Shown here one piece after another: positions 1 through 8,210 of a DNA stretch of 20,989 bases. A model generated the notes under the pieces. The model made no database searches. It was not told the origin of the DNA and saw only the letters and a list, made by a program, of their open reading frames with translations. The stretch is taken from assembly GCA_016839605.1 (NCBI GenBank), contig JAEOTX010000157.1, positions 1-20,989 of the forward strand, given 5' to 3'. The stretch is from Candidatus Thorarchaeota archaeon. Lineage in GTDB: Archaea > Asgardarchaeota > Thorarchaeia > Thorarchaeales > Thorarchaeaceae. The first letter of the stretch is position 1, and every line of letters starts with the position of its first letter. A program made the position numbers and the translations under genes.

Positions 1-641
1 AGGTCTTGATGATAGAACTCTGCTTTAGTCATGAACATCATTTTTTCAACAGTCATATTTTGACGGCAATGGTCATAGACTGATCCAATCACCTCGATAA
101 ACTTGACATAGTCTTGTTCGCCTCTTAGACCTCTCATTGTGTATCCATTTGGCAGAGGATTATCAGGTATAGCAGCATCCTGTGGGAATCTGTAATTGTA
201 CTCATGAAGACCATAGTCTTGATAGCCCATTTCTGTGAGGACTTGGGCTCTCCTAGAGTCAGGTCCAACCGTGTACATATACATTCGAGACCTCCCTTCA
301 CCGACTATTTCTCTCTCAAGCTTCTCAATCTCTTGAAACAGATTCTTCTCCATGAGTTTAAAATCTGGATGAACCTCAATGTGATAATTTCCTGCTGAGC
401 CGCGATGTGATATCGCGATGATTTCTGAATCGTCTTCGTCTGATGCTCTCCAAATCATGATTGCCTCATCATCTTCAGGTGAATACTTAGGGCCGCAAGG
501 ACCAAATTTCTGATTTTCAACCTTTATAGGAATCAGGTAATGGAGTGAGCCGGATTGTTTGTAGACCTCTAGCAGGAACCTACGGGCCAAGTCCAAGTCT
601 CTATCAAAACTGAATGGGCCTCTAACTATATTCACATCCAT
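1..641 (-). CDS. GNAT-family N-acetyltransferase (tandem-GNAT type), truncated at the window edge
   Basis: Not in the ORF track because it has no stop inside the window. Hand translation from ATG at 641 stays open to base 1: MDVNIVRGPFSFDRDLDLARRFLLEVY...EVHPDFK...RAQVLTEMGY...PDNPLPNGYTMRGLRGEQDY...EFYHQD. The 'LPxGYxxR' linker and 'FYxxD' are typical of two-domain GNATs; the acetyl-CoA motif would lie outside the window. Confidence 0.65.
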   Translation of the reverse strand, partial: MDVNIVRGPFSFDRDLDLARRFLLEVYKQSGSLHYLIPIKVENQKFGPCGPKYSPEDDEAIMIWRASDEDDSEIIAISHRGSAGNYHIEVHPDFKLMEKNLFQEIEKLEREIVGEGRSRMYMYTVGPDSRRAQVLTEMGYQDYGLHEYNYRFPQDAAIPDNPLPNGYTMRGLRGEQDYVKFIEVIGSVYDHCRQNMTVEKMMFMTKAEFYHQD

Positions 642-832
642 GCCTCTCGAGTTGACCTTTGTACAGCCGATAAATACCTCCAGAATTGCGCAATATAATT
701 GACTTGAAGGAACTCTGCGCGACTGTCCACGGAACAAATCACAATCATATGGATTATGTTTCTTTCATCCTGATTGCATTGGAATTCGGAAAGCTTAAGG
801 CGAATCTAAACAATTAGTTTCGAGGGTCTAGT

Positions 833-3031
833 TTGTTGGCATCCCGAAGAGTAATTCTGATGAGTCTGCTTGTTCTCTTTTTGACTCCATCACTACTGGT
901 TCCTGTTTCAGCCAGTGACTGGTCTATGTTCCGGAATGATCTTAGACATAGCGGGCATACATCGGGTGCAGCACCCCATTCTAACACGACACTCTGGAAT
1001 TACACAATGGAAGGTTCTGGCGCACCTTCGCCAGCAGTGGCTGATGGTATGGTGTTCATGTGTTCCAGAAGCGGTAGAGTATATGCATTGGACATGGAAA
1101 CAGGTGAAAGAGTTTGGAACAACACTGTCGGAGGCACCTTGGATGCTTCTCCAGCAGTAGCCAACGATATGGTCTTCGTAGCCTCAGGTTCCAGGATATT
1201 TGCCTTGGACGAGTACACCGGTGCGCAGATCTGGAATTACACCTTTGTGACAGGTTTACGCTCTTCACCCGCGGCAACTAATGGTCTAGTATTTGCTGTT
1301 GATGTGCTAGGCAATTTCAGGGCGTTTAATCAGTCTACTGGAGCGGTGGAGTGGAGTAATTCTGCAGGTGTAGGTTTTGGTCTTCTAGCATCTTCTCCTG
1401 CTGTTGCTGACGGGATGATCTTCATTGGCGCAGACTACTCCCTATTTGCTCTGAATGAGACCAATGGCAATCAAATATGGGCATATCCCATTGGTGATCG
1501 GATAAGATGGTCTTCCCCCGCTGTGGATAATGGCATGGTGTATGTAGGCGCAGAAAACAACAGGGTATATTGTGTGAATGAATTCTCTGGTGCTTTGGTA
1601 TGGAACTATCCTACTGGAGGTGATGTCCAATCTTCTCCTGCTGTGGCAGATGGGGTTGTTTTCGTAGGATCTTATGATCGAAATGTCTATGCGCTAAATC
1701 AGACGAATGGGGCGTTGATATGGGAATATACCACAGGGGGCCCTGTACACTCCTCTCCAGCTGTAGCTGATGGACTTGTCTTTATCGGATCGAATGATGA
1801 CAAGCTCTATGCATTGGATCAGTCAAATGGAAGCTTAGTCTGGAGCTATACTGCAGGTGGTGATATTCAGTCTTCTCCAGCTATAGCAAATGGCTTGTTG
1901 TTTGTGGGCTCACATGATAACAAGGTCTACGCATTTGGGTCCATTGCAATTTGGAGAAACTTGGATGTTGACGTGAGTGTAGGTTCTCCTGTATTCCGAG
2001 GGGACACATTGGATTTCTATGTAATGACTTCAATAGATGGTGATCCTATAGATGCGTCAATTACTAACGCTATTCTCTATTATGGAAACGGGACATATCT
2101 GGCGGATTTGACAAGCTCAGCTATGGTAATCGCTCTGGGAATCTATAAGATTCCTTACTTGGTTCCCTCAGATTTGGCGAATGGCTCCTACTACATGATA
2201 GTGTCAGCTCACTATCCAGGTGGAGTCCAATATGAAGCAGTGTCTAGTTCAGGCCTCTGTTCATTTCTTGTTAGCTCTACTCTGACCGAGTGGGCTGCTT
2301 GGCTTGCCGAGATAAACGCGACACTTGTCGGTATTCAAGGATCCCTTGCTGTGGTTCAGTCAGATATTGGCGTATTGATGCTGGACCTGGCGAGTATCAA
2401 TGCGAGCATCATCAGCATTCAGGGGAACATAGTTACTATTGAGTCAGATATTGGCTCATTGATACTGGACCTGGCAAGTATCAATGCGAGCATCATTAGC
2501 ATACAAGGGACCATAGTTACTATTGAATCAGATATTGGCTCTATCCAAGTGGGACTAGCTAACCTGGGTGCCGATCTAAGCGACCTAGTTTCCATTCTAG
2601 AAGGGTGGATGATTGTTACTACGGAGTTGGTCGTTGGAGAGGCCGCATTCGATTTGCAGCTTCTAACCAACTCTACTGTAGATGATGTATCGTCACTCGG
2701 CAATGTTCTAACTGTTACACTCGATGGCGATAGCAACGCTAATGGAGTATCCCACTTTTGGATCCCAAAGGCTCTCCTTGAAGAGATAGGGTCAAGTGTC
2801 GAACAATTAACTATCACATTCGATGAAGAGCAAGCCGACTTCACGGTGGCTGAAGGCGATGACTACTATGTTATAACATTGGCATATGGCCATAATGTTG
2901 ATACAATCACAATCTATCTAGAGGGACCGTATCCTGCCTTTCCTTCTCTCTTTCTGATTCTCGCGGGGCTATTGATGACACTTGTAATTGCAGCTACTTG
3001 CTTGGTCCATCAATCCAAGGTAGGTGCCTGA
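833..3031 (+). CDS. Secreted, membrane-anchored PQQ-like (BamB-type) beta-propeller surface glycoprotein with a repeat stalk and C-terminal TM anchor
   Basis: N-terminal signal peptide followed by 'DWSMFRNDLRHSG'. About 8 repeats of ~40 aa (SSPAVADGxVFVGSxDxxVYALxxxxGxxxWxYxTGG). Many N-x-S/T sequons, 28-aa tandem repeats, and a C-terminal 'PAFP' plus hydrophobic helix. GAGGG lies upstream of the TTG start; ATG 859 is in a different frame, so the start follows the ORF track. Confidence 0.9.
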   Translation: MLASRRVILMSLLVLFLTPSLLVPVSASDWSMFRNDLRHSGHTSGAAPHSNTTLWNYTMEGSGAPSPAVADGMVFMCSRSGRVYALDMETGERVWNNTVGGTLDASPAVANDMVFVASGSRIFALDEYTGAQIWNYTFVTGLRSSPAATNGLVFAVDVLGNFRAFNQSTGAVEWSNSAGVGFGLLASSPAVADGMIFIGADYSLFALNETNGNQIWAYPIGDRIRWSSPAVDNGMVYVGAENNRVYCVNEFSGALVWNYPTGGDVQSSPAVADGVVFVGSYDRNVYALNQTNGALIWEYTTGGPVHSSPAVADGLVFIGSNDDKLYALDQSNGSLVWSYTAGGDIQSSPAIANGLLFVGSHDNKVYAFGSIAIWRNLDVDVSVGSPVFRGDTLDFYVMTSIDGDPIDASITNAILYYGNGTYLADLTSSAMVIALGIYKIPYLVPSDLANGSYYMIVSAHYPGGVQYEAVSSSGLCSFLVSSTLTEWAAWLAEINATLVGIQGSLAVVQSDIGVLMLDLASINASIISIQGNIVTIESDIGSLILDLASINASIISIQGTIVTIESDIGSIQVGLANLGADLSDLVSILEGWMIVTTELVVGEAAFDLQLLTNSTVDDVSSLGNVLTVTLDGDSNANGVSHFWIPKALLEEIGSSVEQLTITFDEEQADFTVAEGDDYYVITLAYGHNVDTITIYLEGPYPAFPSLFLILAGLLMTLVIAATCLVHQSKVGA
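2360..2542 (+). repeat. 84-bp (28-aa) tandem repeat, about 2.2 well-conserved copies plus a degenerate upstream copy
   Basis: TCAGATATTGGC starts at 2360, 2444 and 2528 (exact 84-nt period). The unit is SDIGxLxLDLASINASIISIQGxIVTIE. Confidence 0.95.
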
Positions 3032-3190
3032 CTGCAATCCGTCACTCCATTATTGATTACGTTGGGAGGAATCCTTTCAGAACCGAATTGGCATTCTCTA
3101 GTCTGAAATCTAATACTTTGGCAAATATTGACCTCTTTCGCATGTTTAAATGAATTCGTAATCCTTCTTGTACTTGAAGGGTGCCGCTGC

Positions 3191-4009
3191 TTGATAGGAT
3201 CGCTCCAAATCACTGTGCCTGCAGGATGCATGAATGACTGCGGATTCTGTGTTTACAGACAACACGCAACCAAGTTCAAGACTGAGTGGAAGAGCGACCA
3301 CGAGAGATGGTGCAAGGAAGTGGAGAAGCGACTCAGGTATGCAGCTGACAGAGTGGAGGCTGTCATGATCACCAGTCACGGTGAACCAACTCTCAATATG
3401 ACATATATCGAGGACATAATGGGCATCCTCAAGAGGGCCACACCTTGGCTTGCGCACGTGGAAATACAGACGAGCGGAGTTGGCCTGACAGAGGAGAATC
3501 TGGACTTCCTTTATGAATTAGGAGTGCGCGTCATCTCCTTATCCCTCCCTGCTCTGGAAAAGGACAAGATACTCGACATAATGAGAGTGCCTGCGAAGTA
3601 TAATTATGATCCGATCAAACTCTCAGAACTGATTCCTTCGAAGGGATTTACTCTCAGACTCTCTATAGCCATGACCAACTGGTTTGACGAATACACATTG
3701 GATGATATTCTGAACCAGTTAGAGTCGATTTGGACACCCGACCAAGTTTCCTTCAAGAAACTCATTGGAGCAGATGAAGTGGCCTCCAAGAATTATGACA
3801 GACTGGCTCAGGAATTCAGGAGCCGGGATTATACTCGACTGGAGTTACTTCCCTTGGGTGTGTGGAAGTATGAAGCCCATGGTATAGGCGTTGTCTGGAA
3901 CGATGACTGCATGGTCTCTGGGGAACAAGAAGCGCCACGATATCTCATCCTCCAACCAGATGGGAAACTATACACTAGATGGGATACTAGAGCCTCAGTG
4001 GTTTTCTAG
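3191..4009 (+). CDS. Radical SAM protein (uncharacterised family)
   Basis: CxxxCxxC motif (CMNDCGFC) near the N-terminus, 'SHGEP' (variant of GGEP) and 'EIQTSG'. The start is moved from 3128 to the in-frame TTG at 3191, which follows GAAGGGTG (SD-like) and a TTTAAA box at ~3145. Confidence 0.85.
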   Translation: MIGSLQITVPAGCMNDCGFCVYRQHATKFKTEWKSDHERWCKEVEKRLRYAADRVEAVMITSHGEPTLNMTYIEDIMGILKRATPWLAHVEIQTSGVGLTEENLDFLYELGVRVISLSLPALEKDKILDIMRVPAKYNYDPIKLSELIPSKGFTLRLSIAMTNWFDEYTLDDILNQLESIWTPDQVSFKKLIGADEVASKNYDRLAQEFRSRDYTRLELLPLGVWKYEAHGIGVVWNDDCMVSGEQEAPRYLILQPDGKLYTRWDTRASVVF

Positions 4010-4154
4010 CTGGACATCATCAATCCGAGAGCTCTCTCCAGCTGTGAACTACTCTTGTTGCCCCATCATCCATGAATGATTTGCCATTCACTCGTTCTTT
4101 CCGAGGGGAAGTTCAATATCGACCTTTGCTCGTGAGCGTTGATTGTGAGTTCAG

Positions 4155-5006
4155 ATGAAGTACGGGATAAACCTCCCCAACTTTGGTTGGTTTGGAGATA
4201 TCGACACATTAGTTGAGGTCGCCGTAGAGGCTGAGGAGGCTGGCTGGGATGGCTTCTTTTTGTGGGACCACATGTTGGTCTTCAAGCAAGAGGACATGGT
4301 CTTGCCATTCGCTGACCCGTGGGTTGCGCTAGCTGCGATAGCCTGCAATACTGAGAAAATTCAAATCGGCCCTCTAATTGTACCGCTACCGCGAAGGCGA
4401 CCTTGGAAGGTGGCCAGAGAGGCAATATCAGTCGACCATCTTTCAAGGGGACGACTGATTCTTGGAGTAGGGATTGGGGCACCTCCTGATGTTGAGTTTG
4501 AGTATTTCGGTGAGGGGTCCAATACAAAGACGAGAGCGGAGATGCTAGATGAGAGTCTAGACATCATCACAGGTCTCTGGTCCGGTGAGAAGTTCTCCTA
4601 TAAGGGTAAACACTATGAGCTTGAAGAAATGACATTCCTGCCCAAGCCAAAGAAGGAGTCCGGCATTCCTATTTGGGTGGGAGGTGGGTATCCCTTCAAG
4701 GCACCTTTCCGAAGAGCCGCTCGATATGATGGAGTTACTCCTGTGAACTCGAATTGGCCTGATTTCCTTATGCCGGACCACCTTGAGAAAATACTTGAAA
4801 TCGTGAAAACTGAGAGAGGGACTCTGAAGAATTATGATGTCGTAGTCTGTGGAGATACTACAGGCACCGATTCTACATCAGATAGAGCCACTATTGAATC
4901 GTGGGCAGAGGTTGGAGCGACTTGGTGGCAGGAGAATATCAGCGGAATGCGTGCAGGGATAGACGATCTCCGAGAGAGGGTGAGAGCAGGACCGCCTGCA
5001 ATGTGA
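4155..5006 (+). CDS. LLM-class (luciferase-like) flavin/F420-dependent oxidoreductase
   Basis: Motifs 'AEEAGWDGFFLWDH', 'DPWVALAAIA', 'RRPWKVAREAISVDHLSRGRLILGVGIG', 'IPIWVGG' and 'RRAARYDG'. Confidence 0.92.
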   Translation: MKYGINLPNFGWFGDIDTLVEVAVEAEEAGWDGFFLWDHMLVFKQEDMVLPFADPWVALAAIACNTEKIQIGPLIVPLPRRRPWKVAREAISVDHLSRGRLILGVGIGAPPDVEFEYFGEGSNTKTRAEMLDESLDIITGLWSGEKFSYKGKHYELEEMTFLPKPKKESGIPIWVGGGYPFKAPFRRAARYDGVTPVNSNWPDFLMPDHLEKILEIVKTERGTLKNYDVVVCGDTTGTDSTSDRATIESWAEVGATWWQENISGMRAGIDDLRERVRAGPPAM

Positions 5007-5122
5007 TAGCCTCGATCGGCCACTAAAAGATGGAATCTCATAATGGGAGAATATGCGAGTTCACACTCAGGATTTCCTAAGGTATAAGAAGTCTATTTCT
5101 CTATTGACAGGTGAGGGTCTAG

Positions 5123-5368
5123 ATGAGAGTCATCGAGGTTCATGTTCCATATTTGCATAGTTTCAGTTTGTGGCTTGAGAAACTCCATCAGCAACTTGGA
5201 GGCCTTTTTAGCCCGTGGGACTTGATGCTCTCTACATCCCCAACAGATGATATTTGGTTCCGTGTCTATAGCATGGGATATACTGTAGCAACCCTGCATC
5301 TAGATTGGGATGAATCAAAGAAGAAGTGCAAGATTTCAATCCATTCATCGTCGGACATAACTGAGTAG
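5123..5368 (+). CDS. Small hypothetical protein (81 aa)
   Basis: ATG preceded by AGGTGAGGG (SD-like) and a TATAAG box at ~5083. Globular-looking composition; fills the intergenic gap. Confidence 0.6.
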   Translation: MRVIEVHVPYLHSFSLWLEKLHQQLGGLFSPWDLMLSTSPTDDIWFRVYSMGYTVATLHLDWDESKKKCKISIHSSSDITE

Positions 5369-5404
5369 AAAATTGTTGATTATTGGGAGGAGTTTGATTG
5401 GCAG

Positions 5405-5590
5405 ATGATTGATCTCAAACCACCAGCATCACCACCTCTCCGGCGCTCGAAATTGAAAGTACGACCTGCTATCAAATGGTCCCCTCCCATATCCTGTCCT
5501 AATTGCTACGCTGTGTACAGGTATTCCAAATCTATGGTCGATTCAGGAACTATTGAATGTCAGAACTGCGAGCGGACATTCGAATACTGA
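5405..5590 (+). CDS. Small zinc-ribbon protein (61 aa)
   Basis: CPNC...CQNC pair, Pro/basic N-terminus, and a strong GGAGGAG upstream. Confidence 0.75.
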   Translation: MIDLKPPASPPLRRSKLKVRPAIKWSPPISCPNCYAVYRYSKSMVDSGTIECQNCERTFEY

Positions 5591-5645
5591 TGCCTGCCAC
5601 CTTAGTATTACTCGATGATTTATGCCTTAGAGAGAGAAATCTAGG

Positions 5646-5760
5646 TGGCTGCCTAGGTAAGCATCCCATAGCCCCGGCAAAACAGAATACTGCATTGTCT
5701 TGGTGTCCATACCTAAACAAGCCTAGGCTACAGAACTAAGTCTTGCCACCCCGACAGCCA
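5646..5760 (-). ncRNA. Putative structured ncRNA (~115 nt): long closing stem, 8-nt bulge, 11-bp stem and a three-way junction with two hairpins
   Basis: On the minus strand UGGCUGUC-G-GGGUG-GCA pairs with UGC-U-UACCU-A-GGCAGCCA, and UUCUGUAGCCU pairs with GGGCUAUGGGA, followed by GGC/GCC and two apical hairpins. About 9 G-U pairs work only on the minus strand. A TATA-like CTTATCA lies ~22-29 nt upstream and a pyrimidine tract lies downstream. Confidence 0.55.
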
Positions 5761-5768
5761 TTTTTTCG

Positions 5769-5834
5769 TTATCAAATCCCCCTGATAAGGGTTCACTCTA
5801 ACCACATTTGGAAGCGAAAGGATACGCCAAATGT
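5769..5834. promoter_or_regulatory. Divergent promoter region with two inverted repeats (TTATCA-N8-TGATAA and ACATTTGG-N15-CCAAATGT)
   Basis: Perfect inverted repeats at 5769-5788 and 5804-5834. The first overlaps the putative ncRNA TATA box; the second abuts TATATC upstream of the 5893 gene. Confidence 0.4.
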
Positions 5835-5892
5835 ATATCTAAGATTGATACTTATTGCTGAACATAATTCCTTGGTATAGGAGTCGTTTGAT

Positions 5893-6864
5893 TTGAAAAC
5901 GTGTCCAAAGTGTGGGAAAGCGAATGACATAATGCGGAAGTACTGTAGGGCTTGTGGAGCCTCTCTGATGAAGAAGGAGGAACCAGATCCTGAACCAGTT
6001 TCAGAACCAGAGCCTGAGCCAATTCCGGGTGCACCTGTCGAATCAGATGATGCGCCGCTTGTGCGTCCAAGTGATGTTGCTTCTGCCTCAGTCGAGGAGG
6101 TTGACGAACCACCCGTTCCTGAAGTTCTAGCAGAAGAAATTGAGGAGGAAGTTGAGGATGCTGAACCGGAAGTTATGGACTATGAAGAAGGCAGAGAGGT
6201 TGTCAAAGACATCCTAGCAAAGGTCAAAGCTGCAGAAGAACGTGCTACTACTGAAGACAAGGTCGTAGAACCTGAAGTCAGTGAAGCTGCTGTAGAAGAA
6301 GAAGTCGTTGAGGAGGCGATACCTGAGCCGCCCTCAGTTGAGGAGCCAGCCTATGAGCCTGAAATTGAAGAGGCTGCAGAAGTATCTGAAGAGCCGGCCC
6401 CTCCATCGCCTGAGGAAACGCCTGAACCTGCATTCACAGCTGTAGCTCCCACTCCTCCTGTTGCAGAGCCAGTTGACGAAATCTCGAGAGATGAAAAAGT
6501 CAGATCACTGGAGGCTGACATCAAGGCCTTCAACATAGAACTACAGGGTCTGCAGGCCGAGATGGAAAAACTACGCTCCCGCCTTGATGCAGAAGTTGAC
6601 CGATGTCACACTGTTGCCGAAACCAAGCGAACCCGGTTTGAGAGTGCAGAACGAGAGATGCGGCTCGCAAAGAAGGAGTTCGAGGAAGCTGACAAGGAAC
6701 ACAAGACCGCTGAAAAGCGTCGGAAGAAGGAACTGTCAGAGGCTGAGAAGCGTATCAAGGGCGTTGACAAGCGAATCAGAAAGGCAGAAGATGGCAAGAA
6801 GAAACGCATTGAGGACTTAGAGAAAGAGCGAAGGAAGCGTGAAGAAGCAGCAATGAAGGATTAG
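5893..6864 (+). CDS. Zinc-ribbon protein with an acidic Pro/Glu-rich disordered linker and a long C-terminal coiled coil
   Basis: CPKC...CRAC at the N-terminus, ~170 aa of E/P-rich low-complexity sequence, then a ~125-aa charged helical region. AGGAG lies upstream of the TTG start. Confidence 0.85.
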   Translation: MKTCPKCGKANDIMRKYCRACGASLMKKEEPDPEPVSEPEPEPIPGAPVESDDAPLVRPSDVASASVEEVDEPPVPEVLAEEIEEEVEDAEPEVMDYEEGREVVKDILAKVKAAEERATTEDKVVEPEVSEAAVEEEVVEEAIPEPPSVEEPAYEPEIEEAAEVSEEPAPPSPEETPEPAFTAVAPTPPVAEPVDEISRDEKVRSLEADIKAFNIELQGLQAEMEKLRSRLDAEVDRCHTVAETKRTRFESAEREMRLAKKEFEEADKEHKTAEKRRKKELSEAEKRIKGVDKRIRKAEDGKKKRIEDLEKERRKREEAAMKD

Positions 6865-6870
6865 CGATAG

Positions 6871-6917
6871 AGCTTTGAGTTGGTGGACTTAGGGTCTATC
6901 AACTCAGCTTCTTTTCT
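6871..6917 (+). terminator. Hairpin plus U-rich tract after the coiled-coil gene
   Basis: 13-bp stem TGAGTTGGTGGAC/GTCTATCAACTCA (2 G-U pairs on the + strand), loop TTAGG, followed by GCTTCTTTTCT. Confidence 0.65.
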
Positions 6918-7016
6918 ACTCCTATTGTGAGTTTGCTCTCGCATCCAGGACTATTTGGGTCAAGACATTTAGGGATTGCAATTATCTTCACATCACTAGC
7001 CAAGAGGGGATAATAG

Positions 7017-7796
7017 ATGAATAATGAAAGAATGGTTTCATTTCTCCGTATCATTGTTATCGCGATATTGCTAGCAGTAGTCGGCCTATATTCAGTGAAC
7101 TACATTATTTATGGTGGAGCCGATCCGTTGTATATTCGCTTATCGTCATCCATCCTTGTAGTGTTAGCAGCTCTAAATCTCCTATCAACTCGTTTTCGTC
7201 AAGATAGCAGATGGATGGTTTACTCATTATTCTTCGCAGTTGCAATGCTTTTTGGGTCAATTGGCGACTTCATGATGGCGGGACTAATCTATCTCACACC
7301 AGATGCTTTCGTCAATAGTGTCATCTTCTTCGGGATTGGGAACGTGTTCTACATACTTGGTCTGAGGACTATATCCCCCTTATTGGTTCGACAGCCAGAA
7401 ATCGAAATCTCTGCGCTTGAACGTCCAAGGCTAAATCCAATATTAGGGAATTTGATTCTACTCTTCCTGGTTGTGGTCGTAACAGCTGGAGCATATCTCC
7501 TGACTGTAGTCAATCCATTTGATCCTTTCCTAGGCCTTGCTGCTCTCAGCTGCGCTGTCCTGCTAGCTTCAGCTGTGGCATTTGCATGGAGTAAATTCCT
7601 TGATGAACTTCCTCTGCTGTTCAAGTTAGTAATAGCTATTGGATTTGCCCTCTTCTTATTCTCAAGCTGGGTTGTGGGCGTGAGAACTTTAACAAGTTCA
7701 GATTTCCTTGATAGCTTCATAGTGGGCATAACATACGTCATTGGTCTCTTGCTAATTCATCTGTCACCAGCTGTTGTAGCTGAACCTGAATCTTGA
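7017..7796 (+). CDS. YhhN/TMEM86 (lysoplasmalogenase)-like multi-pass membrane protein, divergent
   Basis: About 8 TM helices. 'FGSIGDFMMA...FFGIGNVFY' matches the first YhhN motif; 'GFALFLFSSWV' and 'TYVIGLLLI' match the second-half motifs with substitutions. Confidence 0.6.
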   Translation: MNNERMVSFLRIIVIAILLAVVGLYSVNYIIYGGADPLYIRLSSSILVVLAALNLLSTRFRQDSRWMVYSLFFAVAMLFGSIGDFMMAGLIYLTPDAFVNSVIFFGIGNVFYILGLRTISPLLVRQPEIEISALERPRLNPILGNLILLFLVVVVTAGAYLLTVVNPFDPFLGLAALSCAVLLASAVAFAWSKFLDELPLLFKLVIAIGFALFLFSSWVVGVRTLTSSDFLDSFIVGITYVIGLLLIHLSPAVVAEPES

Positions 7797-7908
7797 AGAA
7801 GGAACGAATTGGGCCAGATGCGCTGAGAATTAGTTATTTCACGAATTATCCAAAAACTGATTTGTGTTTCTATATCATTAAATGCTATCACTTCAGGGAG
7901 GTTGATAA

Positions 7909-8199
7909 ATGCCAACATTTGTGATGTTAGGAAATCACACAGCAGAAGCTGTCAAGAAGTTTGGTGAAGAAGGGAAGCGGCAGAAGAATGCATTTGATCT
8001 TGCCAAGAAATATGGTGTTGAAGTAAAGGCATTCTACTATACCATGGGAGAATATGACTGGGTTGTCATAGCTGATGCTCCAGACAATGAAACTGCCCTC
8101 AAAGCAATAATGGAATTAGCAGCTGGAGGGTTCGCCAGAACAAGAACGATGCTTGCTTTCCCAGCAGAAGAAGTAGCAAAGATGACAGCCAAGCTCTAA
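7909..8199 (+). CDS. GYD domain-containing protein
   Basis: 96 aa with 'MPTFVMLGNHT', 'FYYTMGEYDWVVIADAPD' and 'RTRTMLAF'. GGAGG SD upstream. Confidence 0.9.
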   Translation: MPTFVMLGNHTAEAVKKFGEEGKRQKNAFDLAKKYGVEVKAFYYTMGEYDWVVIADAPDNETALKAIMELAAGGFARTRTMLAFPAEEVAKMTAKL

Positions 8200-8210
8200 T
8201 ACAATTCAAT

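Noticed and set aside
204-398. 64-aa plus-strand ORF
   Set aside because: It lies antisense within the longer minus-strand GNAT reading frame (1-641).
685-694. Perfect palindrome ATTGCGCAAT in the divergent promoter region
   Set aside because: Single short occurrence with no cognate regulator nearby; compatible with chance.
822-831. GAGGGTCTAG found just before the starts at both 833 and 5123
   Set aside because: Half of it is an ordinary SD motif, and two copies of a 10-mer are not enough to call a regulatory element.
2360-2542. Possible CRISPR array
   Set aside because: The repeats are contiguous, in frame and coding, with no unique spacers and no cas genes.
5557-5739. 60-aa plus-strand ORF across the structured intergenic region
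   Set aside because: It overlaps the Zn-ribbon gene and has no motifs; the minus-strand RNA fold explains the region better.
5646-5760. Identification as 5S rRNA, tRNA, Y RNA or H/ACA guide (also considered for 19241-19347)
   Set aside because: No 5S CCGAAC-type loop, no cloverleaf or T-loop, no GUCCGA/UUGAC Ro60 site (and the vWA proteins lack a TROVE domain), and no clear K-turn plus pseudouridylation pocket.
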